A model generated the notes under the pieces. That model did not search any database and had not been told where the DNA came from. It saw only the letters and a list, made by a program, of their open reading frames with translations. 64,000 nucleotides of DNA, taken from assembly GCA_048013815.1 (NCBI GenBank), contig CM106585.1:15376001-15440000 (forward strand), read 5' to 3'. A program made the translations under genes and the position numbers. Shown piece by piece: positions 22,370 to 32,478 of the stretch (its first letter is position 1; every line of letters begins with the position of its first letter). The DNA is from Setoptus koraiensis (Eukaryota; Animalia; Arthropoda).

Positions 22370-25300
22370 TTATAAGGCTGAAATATCGTTGAGTATGGAC
22401 TTTTCACTATCGTTTAAATGTGGCAGAAAACTTGTTACGTACACTGAGTTTTTAAATCGTTTTAGGAAATCGAGCAACGTATCCTTGAGGTTCACACGAT
22501 TGATCGGATCATTCAAAACATCCACATCGTCGCTGTCTGTATAATTGTACGAGACACATTTTAATAGATCTGTGTTCTCTCCGGCACTTTCCGATATCAC
22601 ATGATTTTCTGATTTAGTATTGTTTGCATTGAAACATTCATCGAATTTAGAAGTTCTACTGCATTGTGTAGATCGGGGCTTCAGATCACCCTCGGCACTG
22701 TCACTTATATCCACCTCATTAGAAGTGTGAGAATCATCATGTTCAACATCTTTCCATTCTTCATCATCATCCTCTTCGTCGGCATCCAGAGTAGAACATA
22801 CACTGCTGTCCTCATCCGATGCATTATCTAAATGCATGGCCTCCCAGTATTCGTGCAACAAAATCTTGATTATCTTGACTGACGCGGGTATTGTGGTCCA
22901 ATCAGCTTGGTTTTGTTTGGCCTTCGAACGAGTTATTGCAGATTGACTTCTTTCTTGGTTTTCGTTAGTGGTATTTTCACCTGGCACCATTGTTTGATTC
23001 AATAACTGAAATGAGTTCTCCATGAGGCTACACAAGGCAAATAGTGTGACGCGTTGATCATAGCGGCCATAGAACAATTGTTGACGACCTAGCCATTGCA
23101 CGATAACAAACTCGAAAGCTGATTGGTTTCCGGAAGGGGCGGGCAGTTGGTTTAAAAAGTCGATGACCGACTTGTGATCAAAGTTGATCAAATGTGCAAA
23201 TATGAGTAAAATACTCTGAACAATTATGAATGTATCCGCTGAGAGTAACTTTGTCAGGACAGAACGCAAAAGTAGCTGCTTGTCATCTTCACAAATATAA
23301 TGACAAGCTTTCCTGATAAATACTGATACCAGTCTGCTAATGAACATGGCACAGTTCTCATTAGTCTTTGGATCCAGTATATGCAAGCATACACGAAGCA
23401 CGGCATTTATGCCGTTCTGGTCAGTGCCCGGAAATCTATAAGCGGCCACTTGGTCAACGGACTTTGATACAAACCCACGAATGAGTTCACCACCGCTTTG
23501 AATAATGGCGCTATCATCTTGGGTTGATAGAATGCAATTGATAGCAGACGGAAATATTTTTGTCATCATACTATCGCTAACGGGGAGCGGAGATTCCACG
23601 ATCATTGTCCTCAATATGTCCAAAGCAGCGGGCTGTATAGAGGCCAGCGAAGTAATGCCATTCTTGGTATTTTTCTGTGGTTCAGATGCTAAAATATCCA
23701 ACAATGTAGGAATAAGTCGGTCATGCAGAGAGGCATAACACGCTTTCACTTTGAACAATTCGTCTAGTATTTCTTCGACCACCAAAAGAATTGAAGGACT
23801 TTGGCCAAACTTGTTAAGACTGTTTATAATCAGGGGCGCAACTTCACTTTCGGCTGCGGGTGCAAACTCCTTATCAGCAGTGATCATAGTCAGAATGGAA
23901 TCCAAAACCACAGAAAGAACGTCCACGGAATAAGTCATGCCAATTTGCACCAATCTGTTCAGCATTGCCAACATAATAGGTCGCATGAGATGGATGCGTT
24001 GAGAAGAATCTAGATATTGACAAAAGGCCTGAGTGGAGCGAATAGCGCAAATCTTAATTACATCTGACTTGTTGCACAATCCATTACATGTAGCTTGAAG
24101 GAATCGTTTGACTTCGTCGTCATGCATGATAACAGCAAATCTGCTAGACGTAATCAAGACTCGACCTACAAGAAAAGGGTAGTCATCGCTAGAGTTTTGA
24201 AGAACGGTCTTGAGAATAACCATTAAATCAGATGATAATGATTGCGCCTCCGAAGTGTTTGTTTGTATAATAGCAATGAAAGACTCTGGTCCATGGCAAA
24301 GAGCCATAAGGCAAGTTTCTTGAAGTTTCCATCTCTTTGTGCGGGCTGACTCAGACAAATCTGTTTGGTGTTGTGCAAGTTCATTAAAATGTCTCTTGAT
24401 AGCATCCATTGTACAAAGCCAAAACCATAGAGCGTTTTCTTCACAGAATTCGTCACTAAAAGTTGATATCAAATCAAAGGTAGCATTCCTCACAGAATTT
24501 GAGAAACTGTCTTCTTCTTCATCAATAATAAATTGATCTGGATCCTCTTTCCATAGGTGCATTTGCTCATCAGTAATCAGCATATAGTTGATGAGGTAGT
24601 ACATGACGTCTGTTATGTTACTTTTTATATATTTTTTTCTCAATTTGGAACTTTCAACAAGCTGCTGAACAAATGAAATTATGCTCCGAACTAATCGACA
24701 CAGAGGGCCTTCTCCCTCGTCTTCGCCGAGTTCCAAGTCATTTCCACTAGTATCTGGATCTGGGTTGGTATCTGAATTGACAACAGAGGTCAAATACAAA
24801 GAAGCTGTCTCCGTTAGTATGTTCCATATAACTGGCAACAAGTGATCTAACCATTTGAGCATAACCTTTCTGGCTACGTCCATCATGATGAACAGACAGT
24901 TCATAATTTCGTATTTAATTTCGAGATTGACTACAACAAATGTCCTTCCCATGTCATCAGTCATATTTGTGGGCATCTGTAAGCCCTTTATAAGAGCTTC
25001 AATGACCTTTGGAAGAATGGGCTCAAGATAGGTCTTTCTAGCGGAGGCTCCTGACTTATTATCAGTTTCGTAAATGAATTGAAACGATTCACAGAGATTG
25101 GAAAAAATTTTCAAAGCTCTACACCTCGTGCCGATGGGATAGATAGCTGGCTGAATGAATATGTCATACATTTTCGGTAATATTATAGGTATAGTATGCG
25201 GTATTTGTTGTTCAGTTATGTCTCGCGATAACTCAACGAACACTTTCATGGCTCCGTAAACAACTAGTTTGTCTGAGGAGCACAAGTAACTTGTGAGAAT

Positions 25301-25816
25301 CTCCAACAAATTGGGCCATTCCTCTGGCCAGTCATAAACAGCAATGTTAGTTATAACGGCTGCCAGGCAAGTTCTCAATCGTTTGTCCTTGTTGTCTATA
25401 GAAGATTCTGTTTGGCCAGCGTTACCGGAACCACCGTCGCTCATCTGTTGTTGTTGGTGAGTCGGATATGAGGGCGGCGAGCCCAACGCTTGTATGAGAG
25501 TACTTCTGATTTGTTCCCTAACATGATTGCTAGTTTCGGGTGGTGTAAAGTTGGCCGAGATCGATTTCCAGTGTGATGCAACATATTGCTTAAGAATAAC
25601 AAGAGCCAATTGACGCAATGCAAAATCAAGATTGTTATCTTGCGAGATTTCCATCATATCTAATGCAAATGTTTCTGTCACCTGAAGCATCCTGATTCGT
25701 TCCTCGCATTCGTGTCTGCGATCAGTGTGAGTGGGGGACAGGATGACGCTCATATTGTCTAGGAGGGCTTGACGCATTGCCTTATCGGCATTCTGTACTA
25801 TGGTTTGATCAGCCAT
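22370..25816 (-). CDS. IPO9: Importin-9 (Ran-binding protein 9), intronless, 1148 aa
   Basis: IBN_N-like start (RQLALVILKQYVASHW), AVYDWPEEWPNLL, WKEDPDQFIIDEEED, acidic C-terminal loop and DVLNDPINRVNLKDTLLDFL end. Confidence 0.9.
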   Translation of the reverse strand: MADQTIVQNADKAMRQALLDNMSVILSPTHTDRRHECEERIRMLQVTETFALDMMEISQDNNLDFALRQLALVILKQYVASHWKSISANFTPPETSNHVREQIRSTLIQALGSPPSYPTHQQQQMSDGGSGNAGQTESSIDNKDKRLRTCLAAVITNIAVYDWPEEWPNLLEILTSYLCSSDKLVVYGAMKVFVELSRDITEQQIPHTIPIILPKMYDIFIQPAIYPIGTRCRALKIFSNLCESFQFIYETDNKSGASARKTYLEPILPKVIEALIKGLQMPTNMTDDMGRTFVVVNLEIKYEIMNCLFIMMDVARKVMLKWLDHLLPVIWNILTETASLYLTSVVNSDTNPDPDTSGNDLELGEDEGEGPLCRLVRSIISFVQQLVESSKLRKKYIKSNITDVMYYLINYMLITDEQMHLWKEDPDQFIIDEEEDSFSNSVRNATFDLISTFSDEFCEENALWFWLCTMDAIKRHFNELAQHQTDLSESARTKRWKLQETCLMALCHGPESFIAIIQTNTSEAQSLSSDLMVILKTVLQNSSDDYPFLVGRVLITSSRFAVIMHDDEVKRFLQATCNGLCNKSDVIKICAIRSTQAFCQYLDSSQRIHLMRPIMLAMLNRLVQIGMTYSVDVLSVVLDSILTMITADKEFAPAAESEVAPLIINSLNKFGQSPSILLVVEEILDELFKVKACYASLHDRLIPTLLDILASEPQKNTKNGITSLASIQPAALDILRTMIVESPLPVSDSMMTKIFPSAINCILSTQDDSAIIQSGGELIRGFVSKSVDQVAAYRFPGTDQNGINAVLRVCLHILDPKTNENCAMFISRLVSVFIRKACHYICEDDKQLLLRSVLTKLLSADTFIIVQSILLIFAHLINFDHKSVIDFLNQLPAPSGNQSAFEFVIVQWLGRQQLFYGRYDQRVTLFALCSLMENSFQLLNQTMVPGENTTNENQERSQSAITRSKAKQNQADWTTIPASVKIIKILLHEYWEAMHLDNASDEDSSVCSTLDADEEDDDEEWKDVEHDDSHTSNEVDISDSAEGDLKPRSTQCSRTSKFDECFNANNTKSENHVISESAGENTDLLKCVSYNYTDSDDVDVLNDPINRVNLKDTLLDFLKRFKNSVYVTSFLPHLNDSEKSILNDISAL

Positions 25817-27092
25817 ACTATCAATTATTCACATGTGAGTAGGTATAAAGTGTGTTTGGGTATTGTGTCTAATTTGTTGTAAATATCTCAGATCTGTTGT
25901 TCTAGAAGGTTATTGTCTCACTTTCTTTTACGACCAGACTTTTGTTGTTGCTGTTGTTGCTCTCGGCAGTCCAATCGGATTGATCGGGGCTGTTGTTGTT
26001 GAGATTATAACTATGGAGCGATTGATAATATGTACGATAAAGTAATAAGATCCTTGTTCTACAATGACGATAATAATAGTTTCAGAGGTTTTATAATCTT
26101 ACATGTGTCTGACAGAATATTATCTGGTATGATGTTGCTTGTAAGATGATGTTTGAACAGGGTAGATACGGAATTAATTTATATTTATACTGGCTTGCTT
26201 GCCAGTGTTTACTGATGGCTATCGGCACACTACCCACAGTGTACGCAACATTACGTTGGTACATGTGTTCTGCCGCCAACGCCGGCACATCACTGTCATG
26301 CTGGCGCTCGCCCGATGATTCATTCTAGCGCGCAGCGCCACCTCTCGCGCACAATCAAAGCCACAGCCGAACCATTGATGCTACCCTGCTATGCGGGCTT
26401 GCGTTTGGGCTTGCGTTAGAAAGTTCTCGCAAGATCTCGAGCCAGTAGCTGCCGCAGAGCGGCGCTGCCACGCATTGTGGATACTACAAACACACAATTG
26501 CTGTTGAGTGGGCGCCAGTTGTGACGGCGCACATTTGCGCGCGCGTGCGACAGAATGCGCCCAGAACAGAACACAATTTTGACGCTCCGATATTTCGACA
26601 TGCAAACTGCAGTTCAATTGCTATGCTTGTAGCTGTAGTAGGTGGTGATTCGATACAACTTGTTAGCAACTTTTTTTTCGCTCGCTCAGCCAACAGAATG
26701 CCTGTGCAGCGCACATTTTTGGGCGACAGTCATGCACTTCGCTCAGTGTATTCACCCCGCTATACTACTGTAATAATGCTAGCAGTGCTAGCATAGTAGT
26801 ACACACATTTCACGCACACGATTTTTTCAGCCTTGAGTGTACAAAAGAAAGATGCCAAAATGACCGATTGCACCCAGTAAACAAATCTTAGTTCTCATGT
26901 AAATGTATATGTTGTACAACCTAATTATATATCTAAATATGTTGTTGGATAACTCTAACATGTCATTTATTTATTCATATATTAATATTTATTATCAAAC
27001 AAACAACAGCACAAATTGCTAATAATATTAGTTGGACATTACTCATCACACACACACACAAGCAAGCAAGCAAACTAAAAACTGTCATCAAA

Positions 27093-28127
27093 ATGACCAA
27101 TGCCATGCACCGTATTGGCTATTGGTGGAGCGAAAAGAAGAGCACAAAATTGAACATATCTGAATTGGAAACATTGTTACTTAAAAATGATTGTCAACTT
27201 ATCAAAATCCATCTTGACAGATCTCTCGAAGAGCAAGGACCTTTCTCTGTCATAATACATAAACTAAGTGACATCATTGTCAAAGCCGATCAAGGAGACA
27301 CAAACGCTAAGCGTGCAATACAAGCATTCGAGAACTATGTTCGAAAGCATCCAGAAATCACCGTTCTAGATCCACTTGACAACGTCAGGACGTTATTAGA
27401 TAGATATAATCAATATCGTCTAATAGAGGAAAGTGGTCTCGCAAAAGAGGACGTTGTATTCACACCGGCATTTGTACACTTAACAAGTAACAATATTGAT
27501 GTCAATAGGGGAAGGATAAAACGCTCTAAAGTTACGTTCCCGTTGGTCTGTAAACCCATTCTGGCACATGGTTCAACGGCGGCCCACCAGATGTGTATTA
27601 TATTCAACGAAACTGGCCTGAAAGATGTTAAACCGCCTTGTGTCGCACAATCTTTTGTTAATCACAATGCAAGATTATTCAAATTGTTTGTCATCAAGTA
27701 CAAGTATTATGTCATCGAACGACCATCTTTGAAAAATTTCCAGGCATGCGAACGTGATACGGTGTTCTTCTATAGTCATGATATTTCAAAACCCAATTCG
27801 GCATCTTCCCTGACCGAACTTGATGAACAGGATCAAGAAGATTCGAAAAAGAGCCCATGTCGCGAAAGATTGGATAGAATAGTGGAGGTTTTCAGTGACA
27901 AACTGGGTCTCACTTTTTATGGTATTGATATAATTATAGAAAATTGCACCTCGCGCTATGCCATAATTGATATGAATACATTTCCTGGTTACGATGGAGT
28001 AGACGATTTTCCGGACATGTTCAAGGAAGTCATCCTAGATGCTATATCTCCAACAGGTACAGCATCTTCTCATCTAATCAAACCGAGAAAAGCTACCGAT
28101 ACAGACTCGGGTATTGAATCAACGTGA
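27093..28127 (+). CDS. ITPK1: Inositol-tetrakisphosphate 1-kinase (ATP-grasp), intronless
   Basis: IGYWWSEKK, IIHKLSD, CKPILAHGS.AAHQM, VAQSFVNHNARLFKLFV and GIDIII...IIDMNTFPGYDGV motifs. Confidence 0.93.
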   Translation: MTNAMHRIGYWWSEKKSTKLNISELETLLLKNDCQLIKIHLDRSLEEQGPFSVIIHKLSDIIVKADQGDTNAKRAIQAFENYVRKHPEITVLDPLDNVRTLLDRYNQYRLIEESGLAKEDVVFTPAFVHLTSNNIDVNRGRIKRSKVTFPLVCKPILAHGSTAAHQMCIIFNETGLKDVKPPCVAQSFVNHNARLFKLFVIKYKYYVIERPSLKNFQACERDTVFFYSHDISKPNSASSLTELDEQDQEDSKKSPCRERLDRIVEVFSDKLGLTFYGIDIIIENCTSRYAIIDMNTFPGYDGVDDFPDMFKEVILDAISPTGTASSHLIKPRKATDTDSGIEST

Positions 28128-28162
28128 TCAATTTGTATACATAAATATATTGAACGTTGCAT

Positions 28163-28687
28163 CTACAATTCTGCCCTAGTCTCTTCTTGCTTCTTGAGCT
28201 CTTCCACTTTTTTAATAAATTCTGCTTTCTCAATGCATCCATCACAGCTGACTCCCCTCTCTTTGAGTATCCTCTTAAGGTCGCCAACTTTCAATTTCTT
28301 CAGATCAACAGTCTTGAGGTCGATGGGTTTTTTCTGTTTAAGTTCGCATATTTGTGGATCCCTAGATTTTAGATGTTCACATATTTTACTAGCTGGCATT
28401 GTCCAAGCGATCCTTTCTGCCATTTCGGTGTATGTGCGTGTGGCAGAAACGTCCTGGCCTCCTAAGAAATAGCAAAATCTTTGCTCAGCCCCAACGGCAG
28501 TCTTACACATTTTTAAAAATTCTGAGGCCACATCTCCGGACTTTGCACCTGGTTTTACCGTTTTTTCTAATTTCTTGACTACTGAAAAACATACTGGACA
28601 ATCATCTTCGCTCAAATTGAACACAGGTTGCATAAAAAACAATAAAGCGGCTCCCAAAACGAGTGTTATCCGACTTGAACACCGCAT
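28163..28687 (-). CDS. MANF: MANF/ARMET (mesencephalic astrocyte-derived neurotrophic factor), intronless, 174 aa
   Basis: Signal peptide; saposin-like domain with six Cys (CPVC...C...RFCY...ICE...ICE); SAP-like domain with LKKLKVGDLKRIL and CDGC; KDEL-like C-terminus RAEL. Confidence 0.95.
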   Translation of the reverse strand: MRCSSRITLVLGAALLFFMQPVFNLSEDDCPVCFSVVKKLEKTVKPGAKSGDVASEFLKMCKTAVGAEQRFCYFLGGQDVSATRTYTEMAERIAWTMPASKICEHLKSRDPQICELKQKKPIDLKTVDLKKLKVGDLKRILKERGVSCDGCIEKAEFIKKVEELKKQEETRAEL

Positions 28688-29048
28688 TATAGATAGATGC
28701 TGCTAATTGATAAATAGATTAATAGTTAAAAATTTTCTATAACAGTCACTCTTGTTAATATATTTTTAGTTGAATAAATATATTGATGATACTGGTATTA
28801 ATACTATGTAAAGCGCAGGAAGACTATTTCAGAGCTTTGTGAATACTATTCAGTGAATTGAGAGATGAGGTGGCACGCGAAAACCGACCCTGAAAATAGC
28901 CGTACGATTGCTGAATTGTTGCTTGAATTGAACAGTGATCGCGGTAAGAATCAGATGCGGGGGGTGGGTCACAACAAAACACAACAGCAAGTAACACTAA
29001 ACAGGGCGCAACGTCTCACTCTAACCGAGTTAAACAAGGCGCGTTAAT
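28342..29048 (-). repeat. MANF 5' block (codons 1-115 plus upstream DNA), donor copy of a dispersed duplication
   Basis: Aligns by eye to 30419-31121, including non-coding motifs TAATACTATGTAA, CAGGAAGACTA, TGAGGTGGCACGCGA, GTCACAACAAAAC and GGCGCGTTAAT. Confidence 0.9.
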
Positions 29049-29417
29049 TTGTGCAAACCCGAGACAGGGCGTGGGGGCAAAATTTGCAGTGAAAATGTTT
29101 GAGTTGTCATCAGTCAGATTAAAAGATTCACAATTTGATTCCATTAATAATGCATAGGGACAACTATGACAGCGTCCTGAAACATTTAATGTGACACTCT
29201 ATGCTCATGTTTGTATTCTAGCTTGCACTATGCGCCCCTGGTGGAATAAAAAAAAACGCCCGGAAGTGCAGTGGATAAAGGCACACAACATACAATTGAA
29301 TATTCATGAATAGTTCAATACTGTTCAAAATTAGCGCCTAGAAAGCTACATTGGAGAAAGTCAAGTGAGTTATGCTGAGTCATCTGTAGAGTTGTTCGGG
29401 AAGATGATTATTTTTTA

Positions 29418-30764
29418 TCACAGAATAGAGAATCCACACAGATCTTCTATAGCTCGCCACCTCATCGTTCTCTCTTTCGTCTCACTTGTTATCTGTCGCA
29501 TTTCTTCTTTAATCAAAATTATATTCTTGTAATCATCCTCTAATGAATTTTCCTGTGCCATTTTGTAGTAACCTAAAAACGTGGTCTTTTTCTTTTGTAA
29601 CTTAAGGTTTCGTTGTTTAACTTCTAAGGCTCGAGATTCTAGTTCCAATTTTCTTTGATTGTAATACTGAGACTCAATTTGGTATGTGGCCTTCAAATGA
29701 TTTTCCAAAGCTGGTGGTGCCGTCCACTTTGTGGATTCAGTTGCTCTGTTGGATAAACTTTCCAATTGATGTTGGAGGATTTTTTTATCAGAGGCTGCTT
29801 CTTCTTGCGCTTTCAGAGCTTTGTCTAGATCCAATTGCAGCTCAGTCATCTGTTCCAAGTTATATTGCAACGATTTAAGCTGCGTCTGAGAATGGTTATA
29901 CCTAGAATACGTCAAATAGCAAAAACTACCGGCAAATAATATTACGCAGACAACACACGCGATGACATCCCTTGCGTATCCGTTCTTTTTTGGTGGCCCA
30001 AATAGAACAACGTCTGTAGATTTCAGCATAATTTTGTGCTTGTGTTTAGCATTTGTAATACCCAATTGTGTGAAGAATTGTGGCTCGGCCACGGCCAATC
30101 TTGGCAGCTGGGAGCCGTCAACCAATTTGGCTGCAAAGTTTTGAGCATATTGAGGTAATTCAACATGATTGATGAGCCAATCTAACGTGTCTTCTACAGT
30201 CCAATTGTGTACTTGTGACTGTTTCCATGATTGCCATAGCTCCTCTACAGTGATTGAGTTATCTTTGCCATTTAAATGGAATCTCTTGTGCCTATCCGCA
30301 CCATTGCTCAACGACAGCTCCTCCCTTATGAAATTGTGACTCTCGTCATTATCTATCTCGCCATCATTGTCATCGTCGAGATTACTGTGCAATAGTTTGA
30401 TGGCGCTAAAACATATTGGTTCGCATACTTGTGGATCCGTGGATTTTAGATGTTCGCAAATTTCACTAGCTGGCACGTTCGAAACGATCCTATCTGCAAT
30501 TTCGGTGTATGTGCGTGTGGCAGAAACGTCCTGGCCTCCTAAGATGTAGCAAAATCTTTGCTCAGCCCCAATGGCAGTCTTACACATATTTAAAAATTCT
30601 TTGGCGACATCTCCAGAGGTTGCGCCGGCTTTCACGGATTTTTCTAATTTCTTGACTACTGAAAAACATACTGGACAATCATCTTCGCTCAGATTGGACA
30701 CAGGTTGCATGAAAAACAATAAAGCGGCTCCCAAAACGAGTGTTATCCGGCTTGAATATCGCAT
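29418..30764 (-). CDS. Chimeric MANF(saposin domain)-STIM protein, intronless, 448 aa
   Basis: Residues 1-115 are 97/115 identical to the neighbouring MANF. Residues 116-448 are STIM: EF-hand DDDNDGEIDNDE, SAM (VHNWTVEDTLDWLINHVELPQY...VLFGPP), TM, CC1 and SOAR (WTAPPALE...RWRAIEDLCGFSIL). ATG at 30764 is equivalent to the MANF ATG. Confidence 0.9.
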   Translation of the reverse strand: MRYSSRITLVLGAALLFFMQPVSNLSEDDCPVCFSVVKKLEKSVKAGATSGDVAKEFLNMCKTAIGAEQRFCYILGGQDVSATRTYTEIADRIVSNVPASEICEHLKSTDPQVCEPICFSAIKLLHSNLDDDNDGEIDNDESHNFIREELSLSNGADRHKRFHLNGKDNSITVEELWQSWKQSQVHNWTVEDTLDWLINHVELPQYAQNFAAKLVDGSQLPRLAVAEPQFFTQLGITNAKHKHKIMLKSTDVVLFGPPKKNGYARDVIACVVCVILFAGSFCYLTYSRYNHSQTQLKSLQYNLEQMTELQLDLDKALKAQEEAASDKKILQHQLESLSNRATESTKWTAPPALENHLKATYQIESQYYNQRKLELESRALEVKQRNLKLQKKKTTFLGYYKMAQENSLEDDYKNIILIKEEMRQITSETKERTMRWRAIEDLCGFSIL

Positions 30765-31121
30765 TATAGATGAATACCGATAATTAATAATTAGATAAAT
30801 AACAATAGATGTTATATAATAGTTGCTTCTAGAAATATGTTCTGGGTTAGTGTAATAAATATAGAAAAATGATAATAATATTGCTAATACTATGTAAGGA
30901 TCAGGAAGACTAATTTGGAGCTTTGCTAATGGGAAAGTGAGGTGGCACGCGAATAACCGACCCTTGAAATTACCGTCCGATCGCCGAATTGTCGCTTGAA
31001 TCGGGCAATGTTCGCGGCGAGAATCAGGTGCGAGGGGTGCGTCACAACAAAACGCGGCAGCGAATAACACTAATTAAGGCGCAACGACTCATCTCGACTC
31101 ATCTGAACATGGCGCGTTAAT
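30419..31121 (-). repeat. Duplicated MANF 5' block forming the 5' part and upstream region of the chimeric gene
   Basis: Homology to 28342-29048 ends at ...TGCGAAC| (codon 115/116), where STIM sequence begins. Confidence 0.9.
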
Positions 31122-31419
31122 ATGTGTACGGGTAGAACTTGCTTGGGAATTTCATAAAGCGGCCGCGGTGCCGACGGTCGCAGATACTCCAGTCAAATTG
31201 CGGCAATCGGCCATCACCACGGTTATATGCAACAGCAGTCTATCCGAGGTTTGTAAACAGTCGAAATTAAATCCACGATGCACCGGGATTCTTAGGAGAG
31301 GACTGAAAATGACTCTTCAGTCTCACATTTATATGGAACAGTTGTATATTCGTGAATACAGTTCAGCACTGTTCTAAGCATAAAAGTTTTATTATAATAT
31401 ATTATCCAATCAATCACCA

Positions 31420-32478
31420 ATGATAAACAGGCGGAGAGCAGCCCAAGGATGGGGCAATTGTTCGGAGGATCAACAACCTCTCTTGGCTGCCCACACTTCT
31501 CCTTCATCATCTTCCATACCCATGGGTCCAGCGGTATCACACAGCGCCATAGATATGATGAAATTTAACAGGAGTTCTGGCCAAAATTATCCGGAAAATT
31601 TCGTCGAATATAGCCTCAAACCCGACGATACCTTGCACAATTTGTCGGTCAGATTTGCATGTCCAATAGCCTCAATTAAACGATTGAACAACATTATTAG
31701 TGATCAAGAATTCTATGGATTGTCCAGTTTGAAGTTACCAGTTGGAAAATTGGGAGTGATACAAGAGACGCTGGAATCATCAAATTCGATGCGAGAATCT
31801 CGTGGCTTTTCCAGAGACAATAAATTGGCAATCGTCAATAGCAATAATAACAATAACAGTGCCAGCTTCGTTGCCGCCCATGATCATGACAGACCAGCAG
31901 ATAGAACCATGTTCCAATCTAAAGAGATAGATATGGCCGTTTCTTCACATGACACAATAAATGATAAGATTAATTCATGTCACGTATCACCAGCATCGAT
32001 AACGAACCAAGCGATACATTTGCAGTCGTCCAGATTAAACCAACAACCAACTAAAACAAAACCAGATCTCACCAGAGCAGGGGATAATCATATCAATACT
32101 ACTACTAGTCATTCCAACGACAAAATCACATCATTACTCTCCAACCAGCCAGGCCGATCGAATTCGTTGGACGCCATATACAAGGATCTAGATAAGAGTG
32201 TTGCAAGGGCCAAATTGGCGGCGGAATTCATCGAGCAAAAGGCCACTGATTTGATTCAGACCATAACAGAGAACGAGAGTTCCGAAGCAAAACTTGATAG
32301 TAGTAACATTCCAGAAAATAATCCGTCCACTCGTAGTATTCAGCAAATTGAAGAAGGCCTCACTGACTTGGGTCTAACTGTTCACGGACTAATACTATTT
32401 ATTTTTATTATATGCCTTGTTGGTCCTCTTGGCTATGTGATCTATCTCGAAGAGACGGCTCAAAATTCAAAACTGTAA
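31420..32478 (+). CDS. LysM domain and C-terminal TM protein (LYSMD3/4-like), intronless
   Basis: LysM motif EYSLKPDDTLHNLSVRFACPIASIKRLNNI...LKLP, low-complexity linker and C-terminal TM (GLILFIFIICLVGPLGYVIY). Confidence 0.85.
   Translation: MINRRRAAQGWGNCSEDQQPLLAAHTSPSSSSIPMGPAVSHSAIDMMKFNRSSGQNYPENFVEYSLKPDDTLHNLSVRFACPIASIKRLNNIISDQEFYGLSSLKLPVGKLGVIQETLESSNSMRESRGFSRDNKLAIVNSNNNNNSASFVAAHDHDRPADRTMFQSKEIDMAVSSHDTINDKINSCHVSPASITNQAIHLQSSRLNQQPTKTKPDLTRAGDNHINTTTSHSNDKITSLLSNQPGRSNSLDAIYKDLDKSVARAKLAAEFIEQKATDLIQTITENESSEAKLDSSNIPENNPSTRSIQQIEEGLTDLGLTVHGLILFIFIICLVGPLGYVIYLEETAQNSKL

Noticed and set aside
28865-29047. 60-aa plus-strand ORF in the conserved upstream block
   Set aside because: The paralogous block (30938-31121) is frameshifted relative to it, and no protein family is recognised.
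30400-30440. MANF-STIM junction as a misassembly
   Set aside because: The MANF part differs from the parental copy at 18 of 115 residues and by many non-coding indels, so it is not a collapsed or duplicated read. The frame and domain boundary are preserved. Read-level confirmation is still needed.
30765-31070. 102-aa N-terminal extension of the chimera in the ORF track
   Set aside because: It starts at GTG and is homologous, with indels, to the non-coding DNA upstream of MANF. The ATG at 30764 matches the MANF start and signal peptide.
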